A DNA stretch of 64,000 nt from Desulfuromonadales bacterium. Lineage in GTDB: Bacteria; Desulfobacterota; Desulfuromonadia; Desulfuromonadales; SZUA-540. Under the pieces are notes generated by a model. That model did no database searches. It saw only the letters and a list, made by a program, of their open reading frames with translations, and was not told the DNA's origin. The position numbers were made by a program, and so were the translations under genes. The DNA lies in NCBI GenBank assembly GCA_033549025.1, contig JAWSUS010000008.1, forward strand, positions 1 through 64,000, written 5' to 3'. Numbering within the stretch: the first letter of the stretch is position 1; every line of letters begins with the position of its first letter. This document shows positions 33,770 through 43,082 of the stretch, in pieces.

Positions 33770-34363
33770 TTAGAGGATCGGGTTTTCCGTGCCCGTCAGA
33801 CGCAGCTTGATATCGAGCTTGTTCTGCACCGGCGTGCCCGGGAGCACCGTGCAGCGTCGCCAGAAGGACAACGTCAGCTGGAAGGTCTTGTCGCCGAGAT
33901 TGAGCGGTGCGCCCTGGATGGCGGTGTCGAGATCCACCTGGGTCAGAGCCAGGCGGTACCACACCGATTCGTCGGTGCCGGTCTCGTCGATGGGATCGAG
34001 CACCAGCCCGGTGTAGTCATAGCCGGAATAGACGGTCGCCCCGGCGTTGTGCGCGGCCGGAGCGGTGTTGGCAAGGCCTCTCTGCACGGTGAGATTGGCG
34101 GTGCCCCCGCCGCTTTCGACGAGCATCTGCTCGCCGTCGATGATGATGAGTTCGCCGTCGGCAAAGCGCGGTTCGGCCAGGGGGATGGAGGTCTGCACCG
34201 CGTCGATGGCCGAGGCAAGGCTCGTCTGCTCGTTGGCGACGTAGAGTTGCCGATCCTTGCTGTCGCCGTCGGTGCCGTTGTAGCTCTCGGCCTCGGGGCG
34301 GCTAAAATCCCCCTCGGAAATCTGCTGGGTCAATGCTTCGTCAAGATAGAGATGTATCGCCAT
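33770..34363 (-). CDS. Hypothetical phage tail protein
   Basis: LIIIDGEQMLV......LTVQRGLANTAPAAH.AGATV beta-rich virion-type motif. Confidence 0.65.
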   Translation of the reverse strand: MAIHLYLDEALTQQISEGDFSRPEAESYNGTDGDSKDRQLYVANEQTSLASAIDAVQTSIPLAEPRFADGELIIIDGEQMLVESGGGTANLTVQRGLANTAPAAHNAGATVYSGYDYTGLVLDPIDETGTDESVWYRLALTQVDLDTAIQGAPLNLGDKTFQLTLSFWRRCTVLPGTPVQNKLDIKLRLTGTENPIL

Positions 34364-34373
34364 GGGTTCTCCT

Positions 34374-35948
34374 TCAGGTGGGCCACTGGGTGGCGCGATA
34401 GTTGTTGGTGGCGGCCTCGAACCCGGCCTGCGTCGGCGCGTGCAGATCCTGCTGACGGAACAGCCAGCGGTAGGAAGGCCGCGACCAGCGGAATCCGGCC
34501 TGGTTGAGGCGCATGCGGCTGACGCGCATGGGGCGGGTCCGATCCACGGAGAGACGCAGGCCGGTGGTGTTGAGCGGGCTTGCGCCCAGCTTCATGGTCT
34601 CGACTCGATGGCGCTGGAGAGAGCCCGTGTCCACATAGACTTCAAGCGAAGCCCGTTCGCCGGTCAGATTCGCATTGCTCAGATACCGGGTGTTCAGGGT
34701 ATTCGCGTTGAGTTGGAACACAGGCCCTCTCCGCCGCCATCTGTCGATCCGGTCGACGGCCAGGGTGACGTCCGCGTCGCAGCCAGCGGTGGAGGCGAGC
34801 AGTAGATTGCTGATGCCGCCCTGGTTGGCGGTGAGGTCGAGACCTTCGTTGAGCCTGGCGCGGCCAAGCTGGAAGCAGAGGCGGTGCCGGGATTCCAAGG
34901 GCAGGCGCTGGTCGTACTTGGCTTCCACCCGTTCGACCGGTTCCGCCTGCGTATCGAAGAAGAAATCCTTCTGCCGGAAGCAGTAGCGCAGCTCGGTCTC
35001 GCCATGGGTCAGCGGCTTGCGGTTGAGATGGCTCTCGCCCAGCCCGAAGCCGCTTTCCAGCACATCCCCTTCGAAATCGCGGCCGGTGTAGATGGGCGTG
35101 CAGAAGGAAACCCGGTCCTCGCCGACGCGGGTGTACGGCAACCGCCAGTCGTTGAGGGCCTTGTGGTTCAGGCGCATCCGGTTCTGGCGGCCGTGAAAAC
35201 GGGAAACCTTCACGGCGGCCCGGTCGATTTCCGGGAGCATCTCCGTGGTGCTGGTGAGCTGTAGCAGCTCCCAGACTCTCTGCTTGTTGGTCAGGTGGCG
35301 GCAGGAACCGAGCGAGGAACGGCCGAGGACGAAGGTTTCGTCGAGAAACGCCAATACGATCCGGCGCACGGCGTTGGCATGCCCGAAGTCGAGCATTGCG
35401 CCGCCTTCGATCCATTCCAGGAGAAACTGGAGCCAGAAACAGCGCGTGCCCGCCGGGTGGTGAAACACCAGGGCGTCGCGCAGTCCCTCGGTCTGGTTGA
35501 GACACAGCACGCGAAACACGCCGAGGCTGAACACCAGCCCGGGCAGCTTGGCGCTGCTGAGTCGGGAGCGGGCATTGAGACGCAGAGCCGAGCGGAAGGT
35601 CTCCTGCAGTTCCCCCTGCCAACCGAGCGCGTCAAAGTCGCGTTCGATGGCCGGAATGGTGCCCTTGCGGCGATAGATCTCGACCGCCTCCCGCACACGG
35701 CGGCGCTGGCAGTCCGGCGAACAGGTGCCGTCCACTTCGAGGCCAACGAGTCTCGCCAGCAGCGGCAGGAAGCGTTCGTCGCAGTGATCGACGTCGAAAA
35801 TGGTCGGGAAGTCGTCGATGGCCTGCTTGAGTTCGTCGAGCGTTCCGGCGGGAAGGCTCAGAAAGGTGCGCAGGTCACCGGCCTCGTCGTTGTGCTCGTA
35901 AAGCGGCGGCAGCAGGCCGAGCAGATTGTCCTTGAACCAATCCGACAT
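34374..35948 (-). CDS. Phage tail protein I-like baseplate wedge protein with long C-terminal extension
   Basis: LLGLLPPLY, FDVDHCDERFLPLLARLVG, RRRVREAVEIYRRKGT and HPAGT; follows the gpJ-like gene. Confidence 0.8.
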   Translation of the reverse strand: MSDWFKDNLLGLLPPLYEHNDEAGDLRTFLSLPAGTLDELKQAIDDFPTIFDVDHCDERFLPLLARLVGLEVDGTCSPDCQRRRVREAVEIYRRKGTIPAIERDFDALGWQGELQETFRSALRLNARSRLSSAKLPGLVFSLGVFRVLCLNQTEGLRDALVFHHPAGTRCFWLQFLLEWIEGGAMLDFGHANAVRRIVLAFLDETFVLGRSSLGSCRHLTNKQRVWELLQLTSTTEMLPEIDRAAVKVSRFHGRQNRMRLNHKALNDWRLPYTRVGEDRVSFCTPIYTGRDFEGDVLESGFGLGESHLNRKPLTHGETELRYCFRQKDFFFDTQAEPVERVEAKYDQRLPLESRHRLCFQLGRARLNEGLDLTANQGGISNLLLASTAGCDADVTLAVDRIDRWRRRGPVFQLNANTLNTRYLSNANLTGERASLEVYVDTGSLQRHRVETMKLGASPLNTTGLRLSVDRTRPMRVSRMRLNQAGFRWSRPSYRWLFRQQDLHAPTQAGFEAATNNYRATQWPT

Positions 35949-37357
35949 CAACCGGCCCTCCGCAGATCGAGATTGACGGTGCCGAGAACCGGGATTTCGC
36001 CGTGGCGCAGCTCGATATCCTGCTGCGGCGCGTAGAGATGCATGTGGCTGACCCCGCGCACTCCGTCGATCAGGGCCACCAGGTCGGAGAAGTGAATGGT
36101 CTGGCCGAAAGAGACTTGGTCGAAGGAAAAGAAATCGGTGAGCGCGGCTTCGATGCGGCTGCGCACGTTTTCCAGCGGTTCACCGGGCCAGATGTAGACC
36201 TCGGCGTCGATGGAAACGGGCCGGTAGATCGGATCGAACAAGTTGATCTCGACTGTGATGACCTTGCGGCGTTCGAGAAACTCCGCGAGGTCCCGCTTGA
36301 GCAGCGCCGAGGGCATGCCGCCGCCGTTGGGGGCGATGGCCAGTTGGACGTTGTAATAGCGGATGTTCTGGCAGGCATTGGTGTCGAGCACCTTGGCCTT
36401 GGCGACGCCGGGGTAACCTTCGGCGAGGGCCTGGTAATCCTCCAGGGTGACGGCCTTCCAGAGACTGCGCAGCTCCGCCGGTGCCTGTCGGCGGGCGTGT
36501 TCGAGGGCTTCCCGCGACGCTCCTCCGGTGGCGGGCACCGGGTTGGTGACGGCCAGGGAGACTTGGCCACCATCCAGATAGATCGAACTCAGCAGTTGGG
36601 TGATCCGGTTAGGGCCGAGATTGCCCTGGTCTCCGATGGTCTGCAGATAGCTGACGGTGATGGCGCTTCCCTGAGCGGGTACAGCGCCGCTTTGCCCGTC
36701 GCCGAAAATCAGGGTGGAGATGTCGAGGGCGTCCAGGTCGGCCATGAAATGACGGCTGTCGGCAATACTGTCCTGAAAATGATCGACCTCGCTCCAGGCG
36801 TCGTCCCCCACCGTAACGGTGATGGTGCCCTGGGCGATGACGTCGCCGGTCAGGCGGATGCGCTGGAATGGCAGCCCCGTCGACGTGAAGGTCTCGGTGC
36901 GGCGCACGCCTTGACGGGCCGGGATGTCCACAGAGAGCACGTCTCGCGGGATTAGGCCGTCCTCGACCGTCTCGAAATCCGCCTCGCCGTCACTCAGCAA
37001 GGCGCGGCAGGCCGTCCCCGCCGGAATGGTCAGATCCTTGCCGAGCGGGGCGGAGAGCCGGAAACGCAGCGTGGTGGTGGAGGCCACCGGCGAGTCCAGC
37101 CGGTAGCCGATGAGCTTGCAGAGGTTGATGACGTTCTGCCGCTGGCGGGCCGTGGGCAGGAAAGCCTCCGCCGCCTGGGCATCCAGGTAGTAGGCCAGCA
37201 TGTCGCCCACACCGCAGAACAGATCGAGCAGGACGACGCCGAGATCGGAGTGGTTGAAATCGGTCCAGCGGTCAGTGAGCTGTGGGATCTTCGCCAGCAG
37301 CTCCTGACGGATCGATTCGTAATCCTTGTTGATGTATCCGATGCTTGCGCGGCCCAT
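35948..37357 (-). CDS. Baseplate J/gp47-family protein
   Basis: YINKDYESIR, WTDFNHSDLG, EAFLPTA, IFGDGQSG.VP, ATGGA..E and AVTLEDY motifs. Confidence 0.9.
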   Translation of the reverse strand: MGRASIGYINKDYESIRQELLAKIPQLTDRWTDFNHSDLGVVLLDLFCGVGDMLAYYLDAQAAEAFLPTARQRQNVINLCKLIGYRLDSPVASTTTLRFRLSAPLGKDLTIPAGTACRALLSDGEADFETVEDGLIPRDVLSVDIPARQGVRRTETFTSTGLPFQRIRLTGDVIAQGTITVTVGDDAWSEVDHFQDSIADSRHFMADLDALDISTLIFGDGQSGAVPAQGSAITVSYLQTIGDQGNLGPNRITQLLSSIYLDGGQVSLAVTNPVPATGGASREALEHARRQAPAELRSLWKAVTLEDYQALAEGYPGVAKAKVLDTNACQNIRYYNVQLAIAPNGGGMPSALLKRDLAEFLERRKVITVEINLFDPIYRPVSIDAEVYIWPGEPLENVRSRIEAALTDFFSFDQVSFGQTIHFSDLVALIDGVRGVSHMHLYAPQQDIELRHGEIPVLGTVNLDLRRAG

Positions 37358-37413
37358 GGTCTCTCCGGTTTTCGGCGGTTATGCGAGAGCGCCTGATGCT
37401 CTCGCCACGCCGG

Positions 37414-37447
37414 TTACTTACCGGAAGGGGCCTGGATGTGTCGGAGG
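37414..37447 (-). promoter_or_regulatory. Conserved bipartite motif copy 1 (candidate late promoter)
   Basis: + strand TTACTTACCGGAAG-gggcctg-GATGTGTCGGAGG, upstream of the gpJ-like gene. Confidence 0.75.
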
Positions 37448-37456
37448 CGGGATGCC

Positions 37457-38374
37457 TCAGAGCGGGCCGCGCAATTGCCAGACGGGATTGGGCTGCCCGG
37501 AGGTGTTGTTGAGGTAGTGGGATTCCTTTTTGCCCTCGAAATAGAACAGACCGATGCGGCCCGGCTCCAGGGTGGTGATCCGGTGAACGGTGCCAGCGGC
37601 GTTGTCTTCTGCCTGACTCTGGGTGTCGAAGCCCAGACCGCTCGCGGCCAGATAGAGGGCGTGCTCGGCCTGGGGCGCTTCCGTTTCTGGCGCTCCCTCG
37701 AATGTCAGGTAATGGCCGTGGTTGTCACCCGGATCGCTGACGATCCACTTGCCGTTGCGGTCCTGAAAGGCTCCCTCGATGTAGGCGACTTCGTATTCCC
37801 CGGCTGGCCAGATGAAGGAATCAGCCGGATCGGGGCTCATCTCGGCCGCGTCGAACCAGAGCAGATTGAACAGCGAGCGCACGTCTGGCGATAGGCGCAC
37901 GCTGCGCACTTGCGGCGGTTCCGGCTCGGGTTCCGGCTGGGGATAGCTGGGCGCGGGATTGTTCGGGTCTTCTCTGTAGAAGGGATAGACCAGGTTGCCT
38001 TCCACCTGGCTTTGGATCACCCGGTAGGCGATATGTACCAGCAGCAGGTTGCCGTCGATGTTCAACGGCCGGTCGTCGAAGCGCACCTCCGTGATGATCA
38101 CCCGCTTTTCCCAGCGTTTGATAGCGTCGATCACGTAATGGCGCAGCAGGCCCTTGAGGACCTCGTCGTTCTGTTCGAACACCAGATCCTTCAGCCGGGA
38201 GCCAAACTCCGGATTCATGAACCGTTCGCCGATCCTGGTGCCGAGGATCTGCAGGATGCTTTCGCGGATATGCTCGTGCTCCCGCGAGGTGGCGGTCGAG
38301 ATCTGGGTGCCGCCGGATACCGACTGAAACCGGAACGGGTAGCGCAATCCCTTGCCGAGGAAATCGTAGCTCAT
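37457..38374 (-). CDS. GpW/gp25-family baseplate protein with Pro-rich linker and extra C-terminal domain
   Basis: FLGKGLRYPF, IRESILQILGTRIGERFMNPEFGSRL, WEKRV and NLVYPFY, then PQPEPEPEPP and ~150 extra aa. Confidence 0.88.
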   Translation of the reverse strand: MSYDFLGKGLRYPFRFQSVSGGTQISTATSREHEHIRESILQILGTRIGERFMNPEFGSRLKDLVFEQNDEVLKGLLRHYVIDAIKRWEKRVIITEVRFDDRPLNIDGNLLLVHIAYRVIQSQVEGNLVYPFYREDPNNPAPSYPQPEPEPEPPQVRSVRLSPDVRSLFNLLWFDAAEMSPDPADSFIWPAGEYEVAYIEGAFQDRNGKWIVSDPGDNHGHYLTFEGAPETEAPQAEHALYLAASGLGFDTQSQAEDNAAGTVHRITTLEPGRIGLFYFEGKKESHYLNNTSGQPNPVWQLRGPL

Positions 38375-39264
38375 CAGATACGCTCCTCGCAGTCGATGCC
38401 GCACTGTCCCGAGCAGCCATTTTCCGAAGTGTCGTCGTCGATAGCTTCTCCCGGGAACCGAATCACCAGATCCAGACCGCTCTTGAGTCCCAGATGAATG
38501 GTGCCGTCCGCCTCGATCAGCCCGCCGTGGCCGGACAGGCCGCACTGGAATCCCTTGGCCCCGCCGGAGAGCAGACGAATGGCGATGGTTTCGCCGATGC
38601 CCTCGATGCGGCCGATGCCGATGATGTCGATTGGTCCGGCCGGATTGATCAGGGTGATGAACCGCTCCCGGTGATCGACGTCGAGGCGGATGCCCTCGGG
38701 CAGAACCACCGCGAAGCGTTCCGCGCCCATGGCGGTCGGCTCGATCCCGGCAGGTAGTCCGCTGATACCGGCTGCCTCCTGGGTCGAACGCAGATAGGAC
38801 TCGACCAGGGTGTAAAGGCGTCCCGGGGCGACCTCGATGGCCGTGCCGGGTCCGGAGGTGACGACCTGCTGTTCTCCTCCGTCGATAACGCAGATTCGCT
38901 GGTCGTCCGTGGTCCGCAGGATCATGCCGTCGGGCAAGGTGAAGAGCCGGTTGCCGTCCGGCAGATCCCGGGGTTCGGTGCCCGCTGGTAGTTCGACGAA
39001 GGGATAGAAATCGGGCTCCGGCTCGATCTGTACCTGCTCCAGGTACTCCTGGGTCCTGGTCTGCTGGGCTTCAAGATAGGCCTGGGCCTGGCCACGCATC
39101 GCCTCCGAGGCGGCGTGACCGGCCTCCAGCAGCGTGCGGATGCCGGAAAGTTCTTCACGGATGCCGGACAGGTGATCGCAGAGCACCCGCAGCACATACT
39201 GTTGTTCGCCGGAATCGGTCTGTTCGATGGTGGCCTGCAAGTCGGCGGGTTCTTCGGAAATCAT
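38374..39264 (-). CDS. Hypothetical phage protein
   Basis: ORF with GGAGG RBS; N-terminal helical region and internal duplicated motif LPAG.EP....DG.RF...LP.G. Confidence 0.7.
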   Translation of the reverse strand: MISEEPADLQATIEQTDSGEQQYVLRVLCDHLSGIREELSGIRTLLEAGHAASEAMRGQAQAYLEAQQTRTQEYLEQVQIEPEPDFYPFVELPAGTEPRDLPDGNRLFTLPDGMILRTTDDQRICVIDGGEQQVVTSGPGTAIEVAPGRLYTLVESYLRSTQEAAGISGLPAGIEPTAMGAERFAVVLPEGIRLDVDHRERFITLINPAGPIDIIGIGRIEGIGETIAIRLLSGGAKGFQCGLSGHGGLIEADGTIHLGLKSGLDLVIRFPGEAIDDDTSENGCSGQCGIDCEERI

Positions 39265-39276
39265 GGACAACCTCCA

Positions 39277-40287
39277 TTACATGCCGACATTGGCGGGTTG
39301 GGATTGATAGCTCATGGCGTTGACCGGCGTCACTGTTCCGGTCACGCCGTCTATTTCGAATACAGTCCAGACCGTGCCCGGGGCGTTGGGAACGGTGAAG
39401 GTCTGCTCACGGCCATCGCTCAGGAACACTTTCACCGATGCTCCGGACTGCGCCAGGCCGGTGCTCGGATTGGCGTTGCGGTTGGTGTAGTCGTGGACTG
39501 CGTAGCGGTAGACGCCGGGAATGAGCCGATGGATGGTGATGGTCTCCGGCCCGTAGGAACTGGTGTCGTCCACGTCCAATTCCGCAGCCTCGTTTTCGAT
39601 GGTGTGGGAATAGAACACATGGAAGCGACCGCCCGATGGCGTCGGTCCGGTGAGATGGGAATCGAGATCCCGGGGGTTGAGCCCCCACTGCAACACGATG
39701 CGGGCGACCTGGCCGTCGAGCTCGGGCGAAAGAACGATCTGGATATCGCCGGAGGTGTTGGGGTCGGCGTTCACCCAGCCATGCCAGGCGATGTATCCCG
39801 GCGCGGTGACTTCCACGTAATAGAACCCCTCGGGCACGTTCACCTCGAACCCGCCATAGGCGTTGGCAAAGGTCTGGAACGCCGCCGGGCCGGTTTCCGA
39901 GCGGCGGAATTCGATCAGCGCGTTGCCGACGCCGCTGGTGTTGAGGGCGTTGACCACCATGCCGCTGAGGAAGACCGATGCTCCGCTGGCAAAGTCCGGG
40001 TGGTCGGCGAACCAGGACGGATCGCGGACCTCCACCAGAATATGGCGGAGGCTGTCCCGGACCGATGATCGCCAGACCATGAGCACGGCGTTGCCGATGG
40101 TCCAGCCGCAGCGAATGACACCGTCCGGCCCGATCTCCGCAACCTCCGGATTGCTGGAGGCAAAGACCGGGGCATCCACGTCGCCGCGCAGGGAGAGCGG
40201 AACCCGTTGCTCGAACTCGCCAGCGGAGAGGCGGATGGAGCGAGGCTGAACCTCCCAGTGGCTATAGGCTGGCGTGGTCTCGGTCAT
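39277..40287 (-). CDS. Ig-like + carboxypeptidase-regulatory-like + YfaP/DUF2135-like multidomain protein
   Basis: FASSNPEVAEI; SGMVVNAL...GNA.I...GFY.VEVTAPGY; RIVLQWG..PRDLDSHL...LDVDDTSSYGPETITI. Confidence 0.75.
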   Translation of the reverse strand: MTETTPAYSHWEVQPRSIRLSAGEFEQRVPLSLRGDVDAPVFASSNPEVAEIGPDGVIRCGWTIGNAVLMVWRSSVRDSLRHILVEVRDPSWFADHPDFASGASVFLSGMVVNALNTSGVGNALIEFRRSETGPAAFQTFANAYGGFEVNVPEGFYYVEVTAPGYIAWHGWVNADPNTSGDIQIVLSPELDGQVARIVLQWGLNPRDLDSHLTGPTPSGGRFHVFYSHTIENEAAELDVDDTSSYGPETITIHRLIPGVYRYAVHDYTNRNANPSTGLAQSGASVKVFLSDGREQTFTVPNAPGTVWTVFEIDGVTGTVTPVNAMSYQSQPANVGM

Positions 40288-40592
40288 GAAGGAACCTCCA
40301 CCGGTGCGGAGACGCCGCCGCCATAGACCTCGACCTGGACGTGACGCAGGCTGCGCCGCTCCGGCGAATCCCAGACCAGGATCATGGCCGCCCCGGGAAC
40401 GAAGCCGCACTCGACATTGCCGCCCTCATCGACACTGGCCACGTCGGGATTGGACGATTCGAACACCGGCGCTTCGGGTAGACCACGGATCGAGAGCGGA
40501 ATGCGCTGGACGAATGGGGATCGCGAGACCCGGACCAGCTTCGGGAAAACATCCCAGTAGTGCGGTTCCTGCGGCTGTTCGAGATTGTTCAT
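40284..40592 (-). CDS. Single Ig-like (Big_2-type) domain protein
   Basis: FESSNPDVASVDEGGNV; paralogous to the N-terminus of 39277-40287. Confidence 0.7.
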   Translation of the reverse strand: MNNLEQPQEPHYWDVFPKLVRVSRSPFVQRIPLSIRGLPEAPVFESSNPDVASVDEGGNVECGFVPGAAMILVWDSPERRSLRHVQVEVYGGGVSAPVEVPS

Positions 40593-40602
40593 CGCGTCCC
40601 CC

Positions 40603-40866
40603 TCAGTTGTCGATGGTGTCGGGACTGCCGGTGACGATGATGGCTCCGCAGGCGGTGATGTCGCCGATGCGGGCGTTGGGCAATCCTTCGGTGATGGTGT
40701 CGAAGCTGCCGGTCACAATGGGCGTCACGCCATGCCCCGGGATGGGACAGACGTGCAGATCCCCCATACGGGCCGCCGGCATGCCGTTGTCCAGCGTCCG
40801 GCTTGCCCCGGTGATGATGACGCCGCCGTGACTGCTGATGTCGCCGAGTCGCGCCTGGGAGCTCAT
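40603..40866 (-). CDS. PAAR-domain spike tip protein
   Basis: ARLGDISSHGG, PAARMGD.H.CP.PGHG and PNARIGDITACGA motifs. Confidence 0.93.
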   Translation of the reverse strand: MSSQARLGDISSHGGVIITGASRTLDNGMPAARMGDLHVCPIPGHGVTPIVTGSFDTITEGLPNARIGDITACGAIIVTGSPDTIDN

Positions 40867-41237
40867 GGGTTCACCTTCAGCAACAGATGGATCAGAAAGC
40901 CGATGAGTCCGCCGATGGTACTGCCGATGGTCAACACCAGGCCGACGATCTTCCACATGGTCTCGGTCCCCATCTTGGAGCCGACCCGGGCATGCAGCCG
41001 GTCGATCTCCTCGGCGTGCCGGTGCAGATCGGAATAGATCGAGCGGACCAGTACCTCGACGTTTTCCTTGTCCGATTTCTTCTCGATTTCACGCTCGATC
41101 TTCTCGAGGCGGTCCTGGATTTCCCGGCGGTGACTTTCGAGGATGCTGCGGAATTCCTCCCGCCAATGATCGAAGGTCCGGGCCAGCAATTCCTCGCTGG
41201 CCGAAAGTCCGGAGGGCGTTGTTGTTCTTTCTCCCAT
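40863..41237 (-). CDS. Coiled-coil protein with C-terminal TM helix (holin/XhlA-like)
   Basis: Charged helical N-terminus and hydrophobic IVGLVLTIGSTIGGLIGFLIHLLL. Confidence 0.55.
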   Translation of the reverse strand: MGERTTTPSGLSASEELLARTFDHWREEFRSILESHRREIQDRLEKIEREIEKKSDKENVEVLVRSIYSDLHRHAEEIDRLHARVGSKMGTETMWKIVGLVLTIGSTIGGLIGFLIHLLLKVNP

Positions 41238-41249
41238 GCAATGCTTCCT

Positions 41250-42299
41250 TCATGTGTTGATCAAGACGGTGTTCGTCGAGCGAATGATGATGTTTCCGGC
41301 CACCCCATCCATGAACACGAGGCTGCCGGACTTGTCGGTGGCGCTGATGCTCTCCTGGCCGGGCGCGGCGTTCATGCGCACCACCTGACCGGCCTTGTCG
41401 GTGAGGCGGATCTGTTCGGCGGCGGCGGTGGAATCGACGAGGATTTCCTGGGTGCCGTTGAGTCCCCAGATGTGAACCTTTTCCCGGCCCTTGGTGGTGT
41501 CGATGAGGATCTTCTGCCAGCGGGAACGGCCCTTGTCGCACGAAAGGATGTGGACCTTCTCCTTGTCTTGCCAGGCTTCGAGGATCACCTGCTGGCGGCA
41601 GAGGTCGGTGAGCTGGATGCGGGCGCGGGAGCCGACGATCTGCGAGGCGATGTCGAGCTGGTCGCCCTTCTCGGCGTCCTTCGTGCCTCGGCGCAGGGCG
41701 TTGCCGCTCTGCATCTCCGGCTTCACCTTCCCTTCCATGGTGAGGATCTGTCCGGCGCGGTCGATGATCCGCAGCAGCTCGTCGCCGTCGCGGTCATCGG
41801 CCAGGATGGTGTGGCCGGTTTCGGTCTTGAGCAGTACCTTCAGGCGCGGGCAGTAGTACGGCGGATGGCCGTGGTACTTCTTGTGTTCGAGATCGTCGTG
41901 CCGGTTGGCCTGATGCTCGACCTTGTCCTCGCAGTCATGACAGAAGGCATTGGCGCAGGTGCGCTTGGATTCCTCGGGCTGCTCGCCGGGATTGCTCTTG
42001 GCCAGCCAGACGCCGGTCCAGATCGGATACTGGACAACGCCGCCCTCGAACTCGGCCCAGACCGAGGCCCCTTCCTCGGGGACCAGGAACATGCCGGTGT
42101 CGTCGTTGCCGCCGTAGGGGAAACAGGGAGCGGCCCATTCGGACCAGTTCTCCCGCCCGCTGCCGAGCACGGCGGGGATCTCCAGCCGGACCCGGCCAAG
42201 GCGTTCGGGGTCGTTGTTGTCGCGCACGAAGGCCCGGTACTTGCCGTACCAGCGGTTGCGGTAGCGCTCCTCGGATTGACGGTCGCGGGTTTCAAGCAT
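41250..42299 (-). CDS. Baseplate assembly protein V / gp5 OB-fold spike protein
   Basis: YGKYRAFVRDNNDPERLGRVR, PEEGASVWAEFEGG...PIW.G and KTETGH motifs. Confidence 0.9.
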   Translation of the reverse strand: MLETRDRQSEERYRNRWYGKYRAFVRDNNDPERLGRVRLEIPAVLGSGRENWSEWAAPCFPYGGNDDTGMFLVPEEGASVWAEFEGGVVQYPIWTGVWLAKSNPGEQPEESKRTCANAFCHDCEDKVEHQANRHDDLEHKKYHGHPPYYCPRLKVLLKTETGHTILADDRDGDELLRIIDRAGQILTMEGKVKPEMQSGNALRRGTKDAEKGDQLDIASQIVGSRARIQLTDLCRQQVILEAWQDKEKVHILSCDKGRSRWQKILIDTTKGREKVHIWGLNGTQEILVDSTAAAEQIRLTDKAGQVVRMNAAPGQESISATDKSGSLVFMDGVAGNIIIRSTNTVLINT

Positions 42300-42711
42300 G
42301 CTCCGTCTCCCGTTTTCGACTGGTGTCCCAGGCCAGCCAGCCGCCCAGGCGAACCGCCCAATACATGACCTGCCTTTTCCACAGAGGCACCCCCAGGGCA
42401 GCCATCAGTTCGAGAAAGACGCGGTCGGCAGCAAACCGCGAGACCTTGCCGGTGTGGTAGAGGTAGTCGTGAACGACGGCCGCCGGGGAATATCTCCCCC
42501 AGGGCGGCACCACGCGCCAGAACAGGCGCGGCACCGAGGCGAAGTCGGTCTCGAACCCAGCGGGCACTTCGATGATGCGGCCAGCGCCGGTGCGGATACG
42601 GAACGGCTGGGTCAGCCTCGCGGTCATTCCATTGGGCAGGATCTCCACCCGAAGAGGCCCGGACAGTCCCAGCGCGGTGCCCGAAAACAGGGTCTTGGTT
42701 TCGGCGCTCAT
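42292..42711 (-). CDS. DUF1353-family protein
   Basis: VPAGFETDFASVPR, AAVVHDYLY, ADRVFLE.M and MYWAVRLGG motifs. Confidence 0.88.
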   Translation of the reverse strand: MSAETKTLFSGTALGLSGPLRVEILPNGMTARLTQPFRIRTGAGRIIEVPAGFETDFASVPRLFWRVVPPWGRYSPAAVVHDYLYHTGKVSRFAADRVFLELMAALGVPLWKRQVMYWAVRLGGWLAWDTSRKRETEHA

Positions 42712-43082
42712 GACCGCCACCTCGCCTTGCCCGACTGGCGCACATCGAGATGGACCCAGGAGGCATAGACACCGATGCCGCCCTCGCGGAAGAGCGGAAT
42801 TTCCTCGGCGATGACCGCCAGTTCCTCGGGCGAAACGCCTGCGGGACAGCTCACGTCGGCCGCCATGCCCAGCGTGTGGAAACTCTGCTCCGCGCCGCCC
42901 ACGGTTTTGTTGTGCCGGTTGCAGCGGAAGCCGCTGGTGATGGACAGCGGTTTGCCGATGCGGTCACGCAACGCCTGCAGGGCCTCGACCAGGTCGGGAT
43001 GGACCGTAGCCGAATGGCCGCAGCAGTTCTTGCCCTTGCATGCGAATTCCGAACGGTTGAAATTCTTACTGAGATCACCCAT
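42708..43082 (-). CDS. Peptidase M15-family (D-Ala-D-Ala/YcbK-like) lysin
   Basis: NFNRSEFACK, ITSGFRC..HN..VGG..QSFHTLGMAAD and GIGVY..WVHLDVR motifs. Confidence 0.9.
   Translation of the reverse strand: MGDLSKNFNRSEFACKGKNCCGHSATVHPDLVEALQALRDRIGKPLSITSGFRCNRHNKTVGGAEQSFHTLGMAADVSCPAGVSPEELAVIAEEIPLFREGGIGVYASWVHLDVRQSGKARWRS

Noticed and set aside
29190..35948. Diversity-generating retroelement or invertible tail-fibre cassette
   Set aside because: No reverse transcriptase, invertase, or template/variable repeat pair seen in this window
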